From: Gemmatimonadota bacterium
GTDB lineage: Bacteria; Gemmatimonadota; Gemmatimonadetes; Palauibacterales; Palauibacteraceae
NCBI GenBank assembly: GCA_036476995.1
Contig: JAZGCO010000021.1
Span: forward strand, 8,085-72,084
Direction: 5' to 3'
DNA: 64,000 nt
Shown: piece after piece, positions 10,342 through 19,199 of the stretch
Layout of the letters: each line of letters begins with the position of its first letter
Numbering within the stretch: position 1 is the first letter of the stretch
Notes under the pieces: generated by a model
What the model saw: the letters and a program-made list of their open reading frames with translations, nothing else
The model's database searches: none
What the model was told of the DNA's origin: nothing
Made by a program: the position numbers and the translations under genes

Positions 10342-11579
10342 TTACGAACCACGAGGCAGACGTTGTGTCCACCGAACCCGAAGGAGTTGGAGATCGACAC
10401 GTTCACGTTGCGCTCCACCATTTCTCCGAACGCGTACTCGAGGTCGCAGTCGGGATCATCCTCGGAATGATTGATGGTCGGAGGGATGCGGCCCGATTGA
10501 CATACCAGCACACAGACCGCTGCTTCGATCGCGCCGGCGGCTCCCAGTGTGTGACCTGTCATGGACTTGGTAGATCCGACCACAATGTCCGCCGCATGGT
10601 CGCCGAACACGCCCTTGATGGCGGCCGTCTCCGTTCGGTCGTTGGCCGGAGTGGATGTGCCGTGAGCGTTGATGTAATCCACATCGCCGGGCTCGATTCC
10701 GCTGTCCGCCAGCGCCTCTCGCATGGCCACCTGCGCGCCGGCTCCCTCAGGGGCGGGAGCCGTCATGTGATAGGCGTCCGCGCTCTGCCCGAACCCACTG
10801 ATCTCAGCCAGGATGGTCTTGCCCCGCGCCTGGGCGTGCTCCAGTTCCTCCAGGACCAGCATTCCGGCTCCCTCGCCAAGCACAAAGCCGTCGCGCCTCG
10901 CGTCGAAGGGTCTAGAGGCAGTCTGTGGCGATTCGTTGCGGGTGGAAAGAGCCTTCATGGAGGCGAAACCGGCCATGCACAGAGGCGTAACGGTGGCTTC
11001 CGTGCCTCCGGTGACCATGAGGTCCGCTTCCCCGCTGCGGATCGACCGATAGGCCAACCCAACCGCGTGAGCCGAAGAGGCACAGGCAGAGACGGTGGCG
11101 TAGTTCGGACCCCGCAGACCGTACTTCATGGAAATGAGACCCGCTGCCATGTCGGCGATGAACATGGGGATAAAGAAGGGAGACACCCGGCTCGGTCCTC
11201 CCTCCAGCAGCCTGCTGTGCTGCGCCTCGAGAGTCGCCAGGCCTCCTATACCGCTGCCGATAATGGCCCCGGCCCGCTCGGAAGCTGTGCTCTCGAGAGC
11301 CTCGGCCAGCCCGGCCTGCTCCGCAGCTTCGTGGGCCGCAGCGGCAGCGAATTGCAGGAATCGATCCGCTCTCCGTGCCTCTTTGCGATCCATCGACTCG
11401 AGAGGGTCAAAGCCTTTCACCTCACAGGCGAAACGGACTGCCTGCTCGGAGGGATCGAAAAGCGTGATCGGGCCGGCCCCACTGCGACCATCGAGCAACG
11501 CCTCCCATGTAGATCCTACATCGAGGCCCAGGGGAGACACCATCCCCAAACCGGTAATGACGACCCTGCGATGTGACAT
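10329..11579 (-). CDS. fabF: 3-oxoacyl-ACP synthase II
   Basis: RRVVITGLG, SACASSAHA (Cys), NAHGTST, STKSMTGH and SNSFGFGGHN motifs. Confidence 0.98.
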   Translation of the reverse strand: MSHRRVVITGLGMVSPLGLDVGSTWEALLDGRSGAGPITLFDPSEQAVRFACEVKGFDPLESMDRKEARRADRFLQFAAAAAHEAAEQAGLAEALESTASERAGAIIGSGIGGLATLEAQHSRLLEGGPSRVSPFFIPMFIADMAAGLISMKYGLRGPNYATVSACASSAHAVGLAYRSIRSGEADLMVTGGTEATVTPLCMAGFASMKALSTRNESPQTASRPFDARRDGFVLGEGAGMLVLEELEHAQARGKTILAEISGFGQSADAYHMTAPAPEGAGAQVAMREALADSGIEPGDVDYINAHGTSTPANDRTETAAIKGVFGDHAADIVVGSTKSMTGHTLGAAGAIEAAVCVLVCQSGRIPPTINHSEDDPDCDLEYAFGEMVERNVNVSISNSFGFGGHNVCLVVRKWQA

Positions 11580-11598
11580 TCTGCTACCGCTGCCGGCC

Positions 11599-11832
11599 TT
11601 ATTCCTTCGTGCTCAGATACTTGATGGCCTCGCCTACCGTCTGCATCTTTTCGGCGTCGTCGTCCGGAATCTCCGTTCCGAACTCCTCTTCAAACGCCAT
11701 CACCAGTTCGACCGTATCGAGAGAATCCGCGCCCAGGTCGTCTACAAACGATGCCTCGTCGGTAACCTTCTCGATCTCTACGCCGAGCTCGTTGGCGATG
11801 ATTTCTCTGACCCTGTCGGCCGTGTCTGACAT
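11599..11832 (-). CDS. acpP: Acyl carrier protein
   Basis: [20 protein letters not shown] with the phosphopantetheine Ser; 77 aa, acidic. Confidence 0.99.
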   Translation of the reverse strand: MSDTADRVREIIANELGVEIEKVTDEASFVDDLGADSLDTVELVMAFEEEFGTEIPDDDAEKMQTVGEAIKYLSTKE

Positions 11833-11880
11833 ATTGAACCCCTTTGTTTATTGCTGTTGCCTTGAGATTGCCACACCTCG

Positions 11881-12618
11881 TTACATGACCATCCCACCAT
11901 CCACGACCAGTACTTGCCCCGTGACGTAGTCGGCTCCCGGTCCAACCAGGAAACGGACCGCTGCCGCCACGTCAGCCGGCGCACCGATGCGGCCAAGAGG
12001 TATCCGCTCGAGTAACATCGAACGAGCCTCCTCGCCAATATCCTCCGTCATGTCTGTCTCAATGAAACCTGGCGCCACGGCGTTAGCCTGAACTCCACGG
12101 CTCGCCAGTTCCAGCGCGACGGACTTAGTCAGCCCGATCAAGCCCGCTTTTGAGGCCGCATAGTTGGACTGTCCGCGGTTTCCCGTCAAGCCCACTACGC
12201 TGGCTATATTTACGATCTTACCGCTACGCCGCTTCATCATGCCACGGGCCACCGCCCGGATCATGAAGAACGCCCCGCGCAGGTTGGTGTTGTGCACCTG
12301 ATCCCAGTCTTCGTCCTTGAGTCGAACCAGAACGTTGTCTCTGGTGACACCGGCGTTGTTCACCAGGATATCGATGGGGCCGAGCTCTGCCTCAACCTGC
12401 TTTACCAGATGGCGGCACGCGTCAGCCTCGGACACATCACAAGCGTACCCCACGTGGTCTCCGCCGATGAACTGCTCTGCCGCCCTTTGAGCTCGCTTGG
12501 CGTCTCTCGCAACAGCGGCCACACGGGCCCCTGCCGCGGCCAGATCCTGGGCGATGGCCAAGCCGATCCCTCGAGAAGCGCCGGTAACTACCGCTACACG
12601 GCCCTGCAGCTCATCCAT
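11881..12618 (-). CDS. fabG: 3-oxoacyl-ACP reductase
   Basis: TGASRGIG, NNAGVTRD, NYAASKAG and VAPGFIETDMT motifs; between fabD and acpP. Start set at MDELQG. Confidence 0.97.
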   Translation of the reverse strand: MDELQGRVAVVTGASRGIGLAIAQDLAAAGARVAAVARDAKRAQRAAEQFIGGDHVGYACDVSEADACRHLVKQVEAELGPIDILVNNAGVTRDNVLVRLKDEDWDQVHNTNLRGAFFMIRAVARGMMKRRSGKIVNIASVVGLTGNRGQSNYAASKAGLIGLTKSVALELASRGVQANAVAPGFIETDMTEDIGEEARSMLLERIPLGRIGAPADVAAAVRFLVGPGADYVTGQVLVVDGGMVM

Positions 12619-13555
12619 CCCTGAGTCCCTCCACTGCATAGTCCAGCCCGGCGGGATTTCCTACCGAACGGACCGATATGGACTTGTCGATTCGCCTGGC
12701 AAGTCCGGTCAGGACGGCACCCGGTCCAGGCTCGATCCAGGCCTGTGGCTTGTACTGGCGCATTCGCTCTACGGATTCGATCCACCGCACCGGCGAAGTC
12801 AACTGGGCGACGAGCAGCTCGCGGGCCCTCCCGGCGTCCTCTACGGGCTCGGCGACGGCGTTGGCGATAACGGGAAACTTGGGATGACCGATTATGACGT
12901 TCTCCAAGGCTTCCTCCAGGCCCGCGCGCGCTCTCTCCATCAGCGGCGAATGGAACGCTCCGCTAACGGGCAGCGGGAGCGCCCGTTTGGCTCCGCGAGC
13001 CAGAGCCGCCTCGCAGGCCGCAGCCACGGCCGGGACCTCACCGCTGATGACGAGCTGACCGGGAGAGTTGAAGTTCGCCGCCACCACCGTGCCAGCCACC
13101 GCCTCGCAGAGCTCCTCCACCACGGCGGCGTCAAGACCCATAATGGCAGCCATAGAACCCGGCGTCTCTTGACCCGCCTCCCACATCAACTCGCCTCGGC
13201 GTCGGACAAGCCGGAGAGCGTCTTCCAGGCTGAGGGCTCCGGCGATGAGATAGGCGGTGAATTCTCCGAGCGAATGCCCGGCCGCCACCACCGTCCGCTC
13301 GCGCAGCTCCACCGGAAGCAGCGACCACGCGACGTAGCTGTGAAGAAGGATTGCGGGCTGAGCATTCTGAGTCTGGGTGAGGACGTCTGCCGGTCCCACC
13401 CACGCGATCCGGCTCAGCGGTACCCCGAGCACCTCGTCCGCCCGCTCATAACACTCGCGCGCGAACGGATAGGCCTCCGCGAGTTCGCGACCCATACCGA
13501 CGAACTGAGAACCCTGTCCTGGAAGAAGTACCGCCAGCCGTTCTGGACCGCTCAC
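12611..13555 (-). CDS. fabD: Malonyl-CoA:ACP transacylase
   Basis: PGQGSQ, TQNAQPAI, GHSLGE, ANFNSPGQLVISG and SGAFHSPLM motifs. Confidence 0.98.
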   Translation of the reverse strand: MSGPERLAVLLPGQGSQFVGMGRELAEAYPFARECYERADEVLGVPLSRIAWVGPADVLTQTQNAQPAILLHSYVAWSLLPVELRERTVVAAGHSLGEFTAYLIAGALSLEDALRLVRRRGELMWEAGQETPGSMAAIMGLDAAVVEELCEAVAGTVVAANFNSPGQLVISGEVPAVAAACEAALARGAKRALPLPVSGAFHSPLMERARAGLEEALENVIIGHPKFPVIANAVAEPVEDAGRARELLVAQLTSPVRWIESVERMRQYKPQAWIEPGPGAVLTGLARRIDKSISVRSVGNPAGLDYAVEGLRDG

Positions 13556-13576
13556 CGATCTGTGCCCCTCACGAGG

Positions 13577-13759
13577 CTAGAATTCCTCGGTGTGAACGAC
13601 CTCTTTGTCGCCGTAATAGCCGCAGGTTGGACACACTCGATGCGGACGGCGCGGATCGCCACACTTCGGGCACGGCTGGTGCGCAGCGGCCTGCGCCGTG
13701 TTGTGCGTTCGCCGCTTGCGCTTTCGCTGCTTTGAAGTCCGTCTCTTTGGTACCGCCAT
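13577..13759 (-). CDS. rpmF: 50S ribosomal protein L32 (Zn-ribbon type)
   Basis: MAVPKRRTSK; CPKCG...PHRVCPTCGYY. Confidence 0.98.
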   Translation of the reverse strand: MAVPKRRTSKQRKRKRRTHNTAQAAAHQPCPKCGDPRRPHRVCPTCGYYGDKEVVHTEEF

Positions 13760-13805
13760 CGTCCTCTATCCTGGCTCGACGGCCGCGGTTAGCGACCGAC
13801 TCTTG

Positions 13806-14309
13806 TTATCCGTCTTCTAACCACCTCTGGAGCGGCCCCCAACGGGGGTCAGCCTCCGCCACCGAACACTCGCACTGTTCTTCGTTCCTGTTCACTCCAC
13901 ACAAGGGGCACAGCCCCCGGCACTCCGGCTCGCACAATGGGTACTCCGGTCGGCCCAGCACCAACTCTTCACGAATCGGCTCGCGCGCAGATATCTCGGC
14001 TGCGCGGGCGTCCAGCGGGTACACTCCATCTTCCGAAGCCAATTCGGCGTCTGGGCTGAACCAGGCGTCTATCGGCAGCCCGGTGAGCACGGTCAACTCT
14101 CTCAGGCACCGTACGCAGCTCAGCCGAAACGGAACTTCCAACTCCCCGGTCACATGCACCGAGCCATCGGCGGACGCTTCCGCGCGAATGGTCAGGCGTG
14201 GGTTTCCGGTGAGATCGAGGCCGGGAGCGGACCATACCTCTGGATCGGCCGAGAGCACGCCCTGCCACGACCAGGGCCCATCCCGCAGTGAATCCACAGG
14301 AATTCGCAT
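13806..14309 (-). CDS. yceD: DUF177/YceD family protein
   Basis: CVRCL, LCEPECRGLCPLCG.N.N and DPRW motifs; directly upstream of rpmF. Start is either 14309 or 14324. Confidence 0.9.
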   Translation of the reverse strand: MRIPVDSLRDGPWSWQGVLSADPEVWSAPGLDLTGNPRLTIRAEASADGSVHVTGELEVPFRLSCVRCLRELTVLTGLPIDAWFSPDAELASEDGVYPLDARAAEISAREPIREELVLGRPEYPLCEPECRGLCPLCGVNRNEEQCECSVAEADPRWGPLQRWLEDG

Positions 14310-14325
14310 GAATGGGTAATCCATA

Positions 14326-14354
14326 TCGATACTCTACCACTGCTGTTGTGTCAA
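14326..14354 (-). promoter_or_regulatory. Candidate sigma70-type promoter for yceD-rpmF-fab
   Basis: Perfect TTGACA at 14354-14349 with 17 bp to a weak -10 TATCGA. An alternative extended -10 (TGnTAGAGT) overlaps it. Confidence 0.45.
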
Positions 14355-14359
14355 TTGCG

Positions 14360-14773
14360 CTACGTGCGATCGACCCCTGCGAAAAAGAACGCAGCTTCCA
14401 GCGCCGCATTGTCCTGAGAATCCGAGGCGTGTATCGCGTTTCGTTCCTTGCTCTCGGCATAGAGCGCCCGGATGGTGCCCGCCTCCGCCTCGGCCGGATC
14501 TGTCGCACCGATCACTTCTCGCAGAAGGGGAACCGCGCTCTCATGTTCGAGGAGCAGCGGCATGCAGGGACCGGACGTCATGAAAGAAACCAGGGAATCG
14601 AAGAACGGCCGCTCAGCGTGAACCGCGTAGAATGTCTCAGCCTCGCTTCGAGTCAGATGCACGACCCGAGCAGACAGGACCCGGAACCCCTTATCCTCCA
14701 GATGTGCGATCATCTTGCCGGCCTTTCCGGCTCCGAACGCATCGGGTTTTATTATCGTCAGTGTCGTTGTCAT
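14360..14773 (-). CDS. ndk: Nucleoside-diphosphate kinase
   Basis: [27 protein letters not shown] and NAIHASDS (phospho-His) motifs. Start at the ATG overlapping the sucD stop. Confidence 0.98.
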   Translation of the reverse strand: MTTTLTIIKPDAFGAGKAGKMIAHLEDKGFRVLSARVVHLTRSEAETFYAVHAERPFFDSLVSFMTSGPCMPLLLEHESAVPLLREVIGATDPAEAEAGTIRALYAESKERNAIHASDSQDNAALEAAFFFAGVDRT

Positions 14774-15639
14774 AGTCTTTCTTGGATGAAGCCGACGATG
14801 TCTACTGGTCTCTCGGCCACGGCAATACCGCACTCGTGAAAGATTCTGGTTTTCTCTTCAGCCGTGCCTTCCGACCCGGATATGATCGCGCCCGCGTGAC
14901 CCATACGCCGGCCTGGCGGAGCGGTCCGGCCGGCAATGAAGCCGACCACGGGCTTTGACATGTTGTCCCTCACGAAGGCAGCCGCTACCTGTTCGTCAGT
15001 TCCGCCTATTTCGCCGATCATGGTTACCGCCTGGGTTTCGGGATCGGCTTCAAACGCTTCCAGACAATCGACAAAATTGGTCCCGATCAGGGGGTCTCCA
15101 CCGATGCCTATGCATGTGGACTGACCGATGCCGTTCCGGGTGAGCTGAAAGATGACCTCATAAGTCAGTGTACCCGACCGGCTCACGACTCCGACCCCCC
15201 CACGATGAACAATCTGGCCCGGAAGGATGCCCACCTTGGCCACTCCGGGCACGATCAAGCCAGGACAGTTGGGTCCGATGAGGCGCGCTCCTTTTTCCTT
15301 CACATAGGGAAGTACGCGTACCATCTCTCGAATCGGTACGCCCTCGGTGATGCAAACAATCAGACCGACGCCGGCGTCCGCCGCCTCGAAAATGGCATCT
15401 GCTGCATGCGGGGCCGGCACGTAGATCACGCTCGTGTTGGCGCGGGTTTCGTCCACCGCTTCCTGTACGGTATTGAACACGGGGATATGGTCATCGAAGA
15501 CCTGCCCCCCCTTGCCGGGCGTGACGCCCGCTACTACGCGGGTGCCGTATTCCGCCATCTGACGAGTGTGAAACGATCCGTCGCGGCCGGTAATACCCTG
15601 CACAACGAGTCGTGTATCCTGGTCAATGAATATGCTCAT
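14770..15639 (-). CDS. sucD: Succinyl-CoA synthetase alpha subunit
   Basis: [30 protein letters not shown] and RRMGHAGAI motifs. Confidence 0.98.
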   Translation of the reverse strand: MSIFIDQDTRLVVQGITGRDGSFHTRQMAEYGTRVVAGVTPGKGGQVFDDHIPVFNTVQEAVDETRANTSVIYVPAPHAADAIFEAADAGVGLIVCITEGVPIREMVRVLPYVKEKGARLIGPNCPGLIVPGVAKVGILPGQIVHRGGVGVVSRSGTLTYEVIFQLTRNGIGQSTCIGIGGDPLIGTNFVDCLEAFEADPETQAVTMIGEIGGTDEQVAAAFVRDNMSKPVVGFIAGRTAPPGRRMGHAGAIISGSEGTAEEKTRIFHECGIAVAERPVDIVGFIQERL

Positions 15640-15690
15640 GGTCCTCGGCTGTCTCTACAGGTTGCGCGTCGGTGTACTGGCCCGGCCGCG

Positions 15691-16830
15691 TCAGGCGGCT
15701 TGTGAAGCCAGCTCCACCGCCCTCTTGACTACCTCATCCATGTCGGTGACCGCGTCGAATCCGTTCTCGGCCAGAATCTTGATGGCTTCCTCCTCATTCG
15801 TCCCGGTGAGGCGGATGGTCATAGGAAGATTCATGTGCATGCGTCTCGTAGCCTCCACGATGCCCTTGGCAACATCGTCGCAGCGCGTAATGCCCCCGAA
15901 AATATTGAACAGGATCGACTTCACGTTTGAATCCGCCGTAATGATTTCCAGCGCCGCGACGACCTTGTCCGGATTCGAGGAACCTCCGATATCGAGGAAG
16001 TTGGCAGGGCTTCCGCCGTAGTATTTGACCATGTCCATCGTGGCCATCGCCAAACCGGCGCCGTTCACACAACAGCCGACGTTCCCGTCCAGCTTGATGA
16101 AACTCAGGCCCGCTTCCCGGGCCAGACGTTCCACCGAGTTTTCCGCTGATTCGTCGCGCATCGCTTCGATTTCCGGCCGGCGAAACAGAGCGTTGTCATC
16201 AATGTTCATTTTGGCGTCGATGGCCAGAACCTGACCCCGGTCGTCGACGATCAGCGGATTGATTTCGACCAGCGTGGCATCGCTGGCCACATAGGCAGCA
16301 TACAGCTTCTGAATGATCGACGCCGCCTGGCGAGCCAGCTTCACGTCGTCGTACAGACTGAACGCCAGGCCAATGGCCTGATGATTCAAGAGCCCATGTG
16401 CCGGATGGACCCTTAGCTCGCGAATCGCGTCCGGATTCTCAGCGGCCACTTCCTCAATGTCGATCCCGCCTTGGGCCGAGACCATGATCACGGCGCTCTG
16501 ACTCGTCCGGTCCAGCACGATACCCAGATAGGCCTCTGACTCGATTTCCGCCGAGGGCGTGACCAGGACCTGTTCGACAGTCAGCCCCTTGATCTCCATC
16601 CCCAGTATGGCTGCTGCTGCCTGGCCGGCAGCCTCGGGCGTAGACGCCAGCTTGACCCCGCCTGCTTTTCCTCGCCCACCCGCGTGCACCTGCGCCTTGA
16701 CGACCACGGTTCCGCCATAGCCTCGGGCCAAGTCAGCCGCCTCGTCCTCTGAACGAGCAACCTCGCCCGGAGGCACCGGGATTCCGTGCGAACGAAGAAT
16801 CTCTTTGGCCTGATATTCATGAATGTTCAT
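15691..16830 (-). CDS. sucC: Succinyl-CoA synthetase beta subunit
   Basis: MNIHEYQAK, KAQVHAGGRGKAGGV, NGAGLAMATMD, NFLDIGG and NIFGGITRCD motifs. Confidence 0.98.
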   Translation of the reverse strand: MNIHEYQAKEILRSHGIPVPPGEVARSEDEAADLARGYGGTVVVKAQVHAGGRGKAGGVKLASTPEAAGQAAAAILGMEIKGLTVEQVLVTPSAEIESEAYLGIVLDRTSQSAVIMVSAQGGIDIEEVAAENPDAIRELRVHPAHGLLNHQAIGLAFSLYDDVKLARQAASIIQKLYAAYVASDATLVEINPLIVDDRGQVLAIDAKMNIDDNALFRRPEIEAMRDESAENSVERLAREAGLSFIKLDGNVGCCVNGAGLAMATMDMVKYYGGSPANFLDIGGSSNPDKVVAALEIITADSNVKSILFNIFGGITRCDDVAKGIVEATRRMHMNLPMTIRLTGTNEEEAIKILAENGFDAVTDMDEVVKRAVELASQAA

Positions 16831-16870
16831 GGGCAGCTTCCAACGTTGTCGTGTACGGATCTGTGAGCGT

Positions 16871-17830
16871 TCAGTCAGCGACGATGCATGTTCCGCTGCG
16901 GCCGTCCAGAGCTTCCTGGCCCTCTTCCAGACGAGCGATGATGGCTCTTGATCCCCCTCCCCGCACGAAGGAGATGGCGGCGTCCACCTTCGGCCCCATG
17001 CTTCCGGCGGCTAGATCGCCGCTGGCCAGAAGGCTCTCGGCCTCCGCAGCCGTTAGATGGTCCAGCCGCTCCGCGTCCGGTTGTCCCCACGCTCGGTACA
17101 CACCGTCCACATCGGTCAGGATCAGCAGATCCTGCGCCCCAATCGTAGTGGCCAGCACAGCCGCGACCCTGTCCTTGTCCACCACGGCATCGAGCCCCTC
17201 CAAGCCTAACTGCCGATGCCTGTAGACCGGCGGACCACCCCCGCCCGCAGCGATGACGATATCGCCCTTCGCCGCCAGCTCGGCCACCACATCCGCTTCC
17301 AAAACCGCGATAGGTAGTGGGCTGGTAACGGTACGGCGCAGGTGGCCGCGCGAGTCCGTCTGGACTACGACACCCTTAGCCCGCAGCGACGCCGCCATCT
17401 CGTCATTCAGCGCGTGGCCGATGGCCTTCTCCGCCCGCTTGGACGCAGCGTGCTCCGGGTCGATGAGTGTCTGAGTAATGAGAGTGATCACCCGCCGGTC
17501 CACGCCGGCACGATGGAGCGCGTTCTGGAGCGACTGCTGAATCATGTAGCCGATCCAACCCGCCGTCGATGCAACGAGCAGGCCGAGCGGAAGCTCCTCT
17601 ACGGCGCTTCTGGCGACCTCGTTGCGGAGCAGTCCGTCGCCGACCTGAGGACCGTTCCCATGGACGACCACAATTCGCCAGCCATCAATGGCCAGGCCGA
17701 CGATCGGGGCCAGACTCTGTCTCGCGTGTCGAAACTGATTGCTGATGCTGGCGGATTCTCCGGCTGGCGACAGTGCGTTTCCGCCGATCGCCACCACCAC
17801 CGAAGCCGCGTCTGCCTCAGGCGTCACCAA
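16871..17830 (-). CDS. arcC: Carbamate kinase
   Basis: VAIGGNAL, VHGNGPQVG, AGGGGPPV, AVVDKD, LTDVDGVY and GSMGPKV motifs. Start is TTG 17830 or GTG 17827. Confidence 0.9.
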   Translation of the reverse strand: MVTPEADAASVVVAIGGNALSPAGESASISNQFRHARQSLAPIVGLAIDGWRIVVVHGNGPQVGDGLLRNEVARSAVEELPLGLLVASTAGWIGYMIQQSLQNALHRAGVDRRVITLITQTLIDPEHAASKRAEKAIGHALNDEMAASLRAKGVVVQTDSRGHLRRTVTSPLPIAVLEADVVAELAAKGDIVIAAGGGGPPVYRHRQLGLEGLDAVVDKDRVAAVLATTIGAQDLLILTDVDGVYRAWGQPDAERLDHLTAAEAESLLASGDLAAGSMGPKVDAAISFVRGGGSRAIIARLEEGQEALDGRSGTCIVAD

Positions 17831-19199
17831 CCACCGGGGGCACTTCGACGCCCTCTGCGCTCATGTAGGTCGCTATTTCATCCCGAATCCGGCCAACTCC
17901 ATCCCAAGTATCGGCCTCGAAGCGCATGACAATCACGGGTTGCGTGTTGCTGGCCCGTATGAGCGCCCATCCGTCGGGATACTCGATCCGGGCTCCATCG
18001 ATGGTGATCACCTCGTGCGTAGTGGAGAACTTCTCGACGGCGCGCTGGACGACTGCGAATTTTCGGTCCTCCTCGCAGTCCATCCTCAGTTCCGGGGTCG
18101 AGGGATAGGACGGGATATCGCCAGCGAGGTCTGAGAGCGATCGGCCGCTGCGCTGAACGATCCGCGCCAACAGTGCACCGGCATAGATCGCATCGTCAAA
18201 GCCGAAATAATTGTCTGCAAAAAATATATGTCCGCTCATCTCACCTGAAATGGGAGATCCGCCTTGTTTCATGCGGACCTTGATGAGAGAGTGGCCTGTC
18301 TTCCACATCACGGGGACGCCACCGGCCTGCCTGATCATCTCAGGCAAGGCTTTGGAGCATTTCACATCAAATACGATCTCCGCACCCGGGTATCTCGGCA
18401 GAACCTCCAGCGCGTAGAGCAGCAGCAGATGATCGCCGCGTACGATATCTCCCTTCTCCGTCACAGCCCCGATTCGGTCCGCGTCTCCGTCCAACCCTAC
18501 CCCGAAAGCTGCTCCCGTCTCGCGGACCCGGGCGATGAGGTCCACCACATTCTCATCGACCGTGGGGTCAGGGTGGTGGTTGGGGAACGTCCCATCCGAT
18601 TCGCAGAACAAACAGTCCGTCCGAACACCGGCGGCCGCCAGCGCCTGGGGAGCAGCCAGGCTGCCGGCGCCGTTCCCGCAGTCGAGTACCACGTCCAGAG
18701 GCCCGTCCAGCCGCGCGCGTCGGCCGACTTCCGCGATGTACCGGTCCAGAATTTCGACGCTCTCGGTGGACGCGGAGCCTGAGCCAAGCGAATCGGAGAT
18801 GATCGCAGACCGCATTTCCCGGATTGCTGCGCCAAACACGGGCTGGCCACCCATCGTCATCTTGATCCCGTTGTACTCGGGGGGATTGTGAGAGCCGGTG
18901 ATCTGGATGCCACCATCGGTACCCAACACGTGTGTGGCATAGTACAACGCCGGCGTAGGCACGGTCCCGACAAACTGTGCGGCCACGCCCGTGTCATTCA
19001 GTCCGGCGCACACCGCCTCCGCCAGCTCCGGGGAGCTCGGCCGGTTGTCGTGACCAACGGCCACGATTGCCCCCGAGCGCAGCTTTGTCAGACTCGTCGC
19101 ATACGCCCGTGCGACGGCGTTGGCCACTTCCGGGGTCAGGTCATCTCCGACGATTCCGCGCACGTCGTATTCCCTGAAAATCGTGTCCGCGAGCTTCAC
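17817..19199 (-). CDS. Phosphomannomutase/phosphoglucomutase (AlgC-like)
   Basis: IFREYDVRG, TGSHNP (phospho-Ser), DGDADR, GEMSGH and RASNTQP motifs. Confidence 0.96.
   Translation of the reverse strand: MKLADTIFREYDVRGIVGDDLTPEVANAVARAYATSLTKLRSGAIVAVGHDNRPSSPELAEAVCAGLNDTGVAAQFVGTVPTPALYYATHVLGTDGGIQITGSHNPPEYNGIKMTMGGQPVFGAAIREMRSAIISDSLGSGSASTESVEILDRYIAEVGRRARLDGPLDVVLDCGNGAGSLAAPQALAAAGVRTDCLFCESDGTFPNHHPDPTVDENVVDLIARVRETGAAFGVGLDGDADRIGAVTEKGDIVRGDHLLLLYALEVLPRYPGAEIVFDVKCSKALPEMIRQAGGVPVMWKTGHSLIKVRMKQGGSPISGEMSGHIFFADNYFGFDDAIYAGALLARIVQRSGRSLSDLAGDIPSYPSTPELRMDCEEDRKFAVVQRAVEKFSTTHEVITIDGARIEYPDGWALIRASNTQPVIVMRFEADTWDGVGRIRDEIATYMSAEGVEVPPVVGDA

Noticed and set aside
9238-13735. 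Long plus-strand ORFs (9238-10470, 10335-11576, 12497-13735)
   Set aside because: Antisense to mqnE, fabF and fabD. Long shadow ORFs are expected in high-GC coding DNA, and these show no recognisable motifs.
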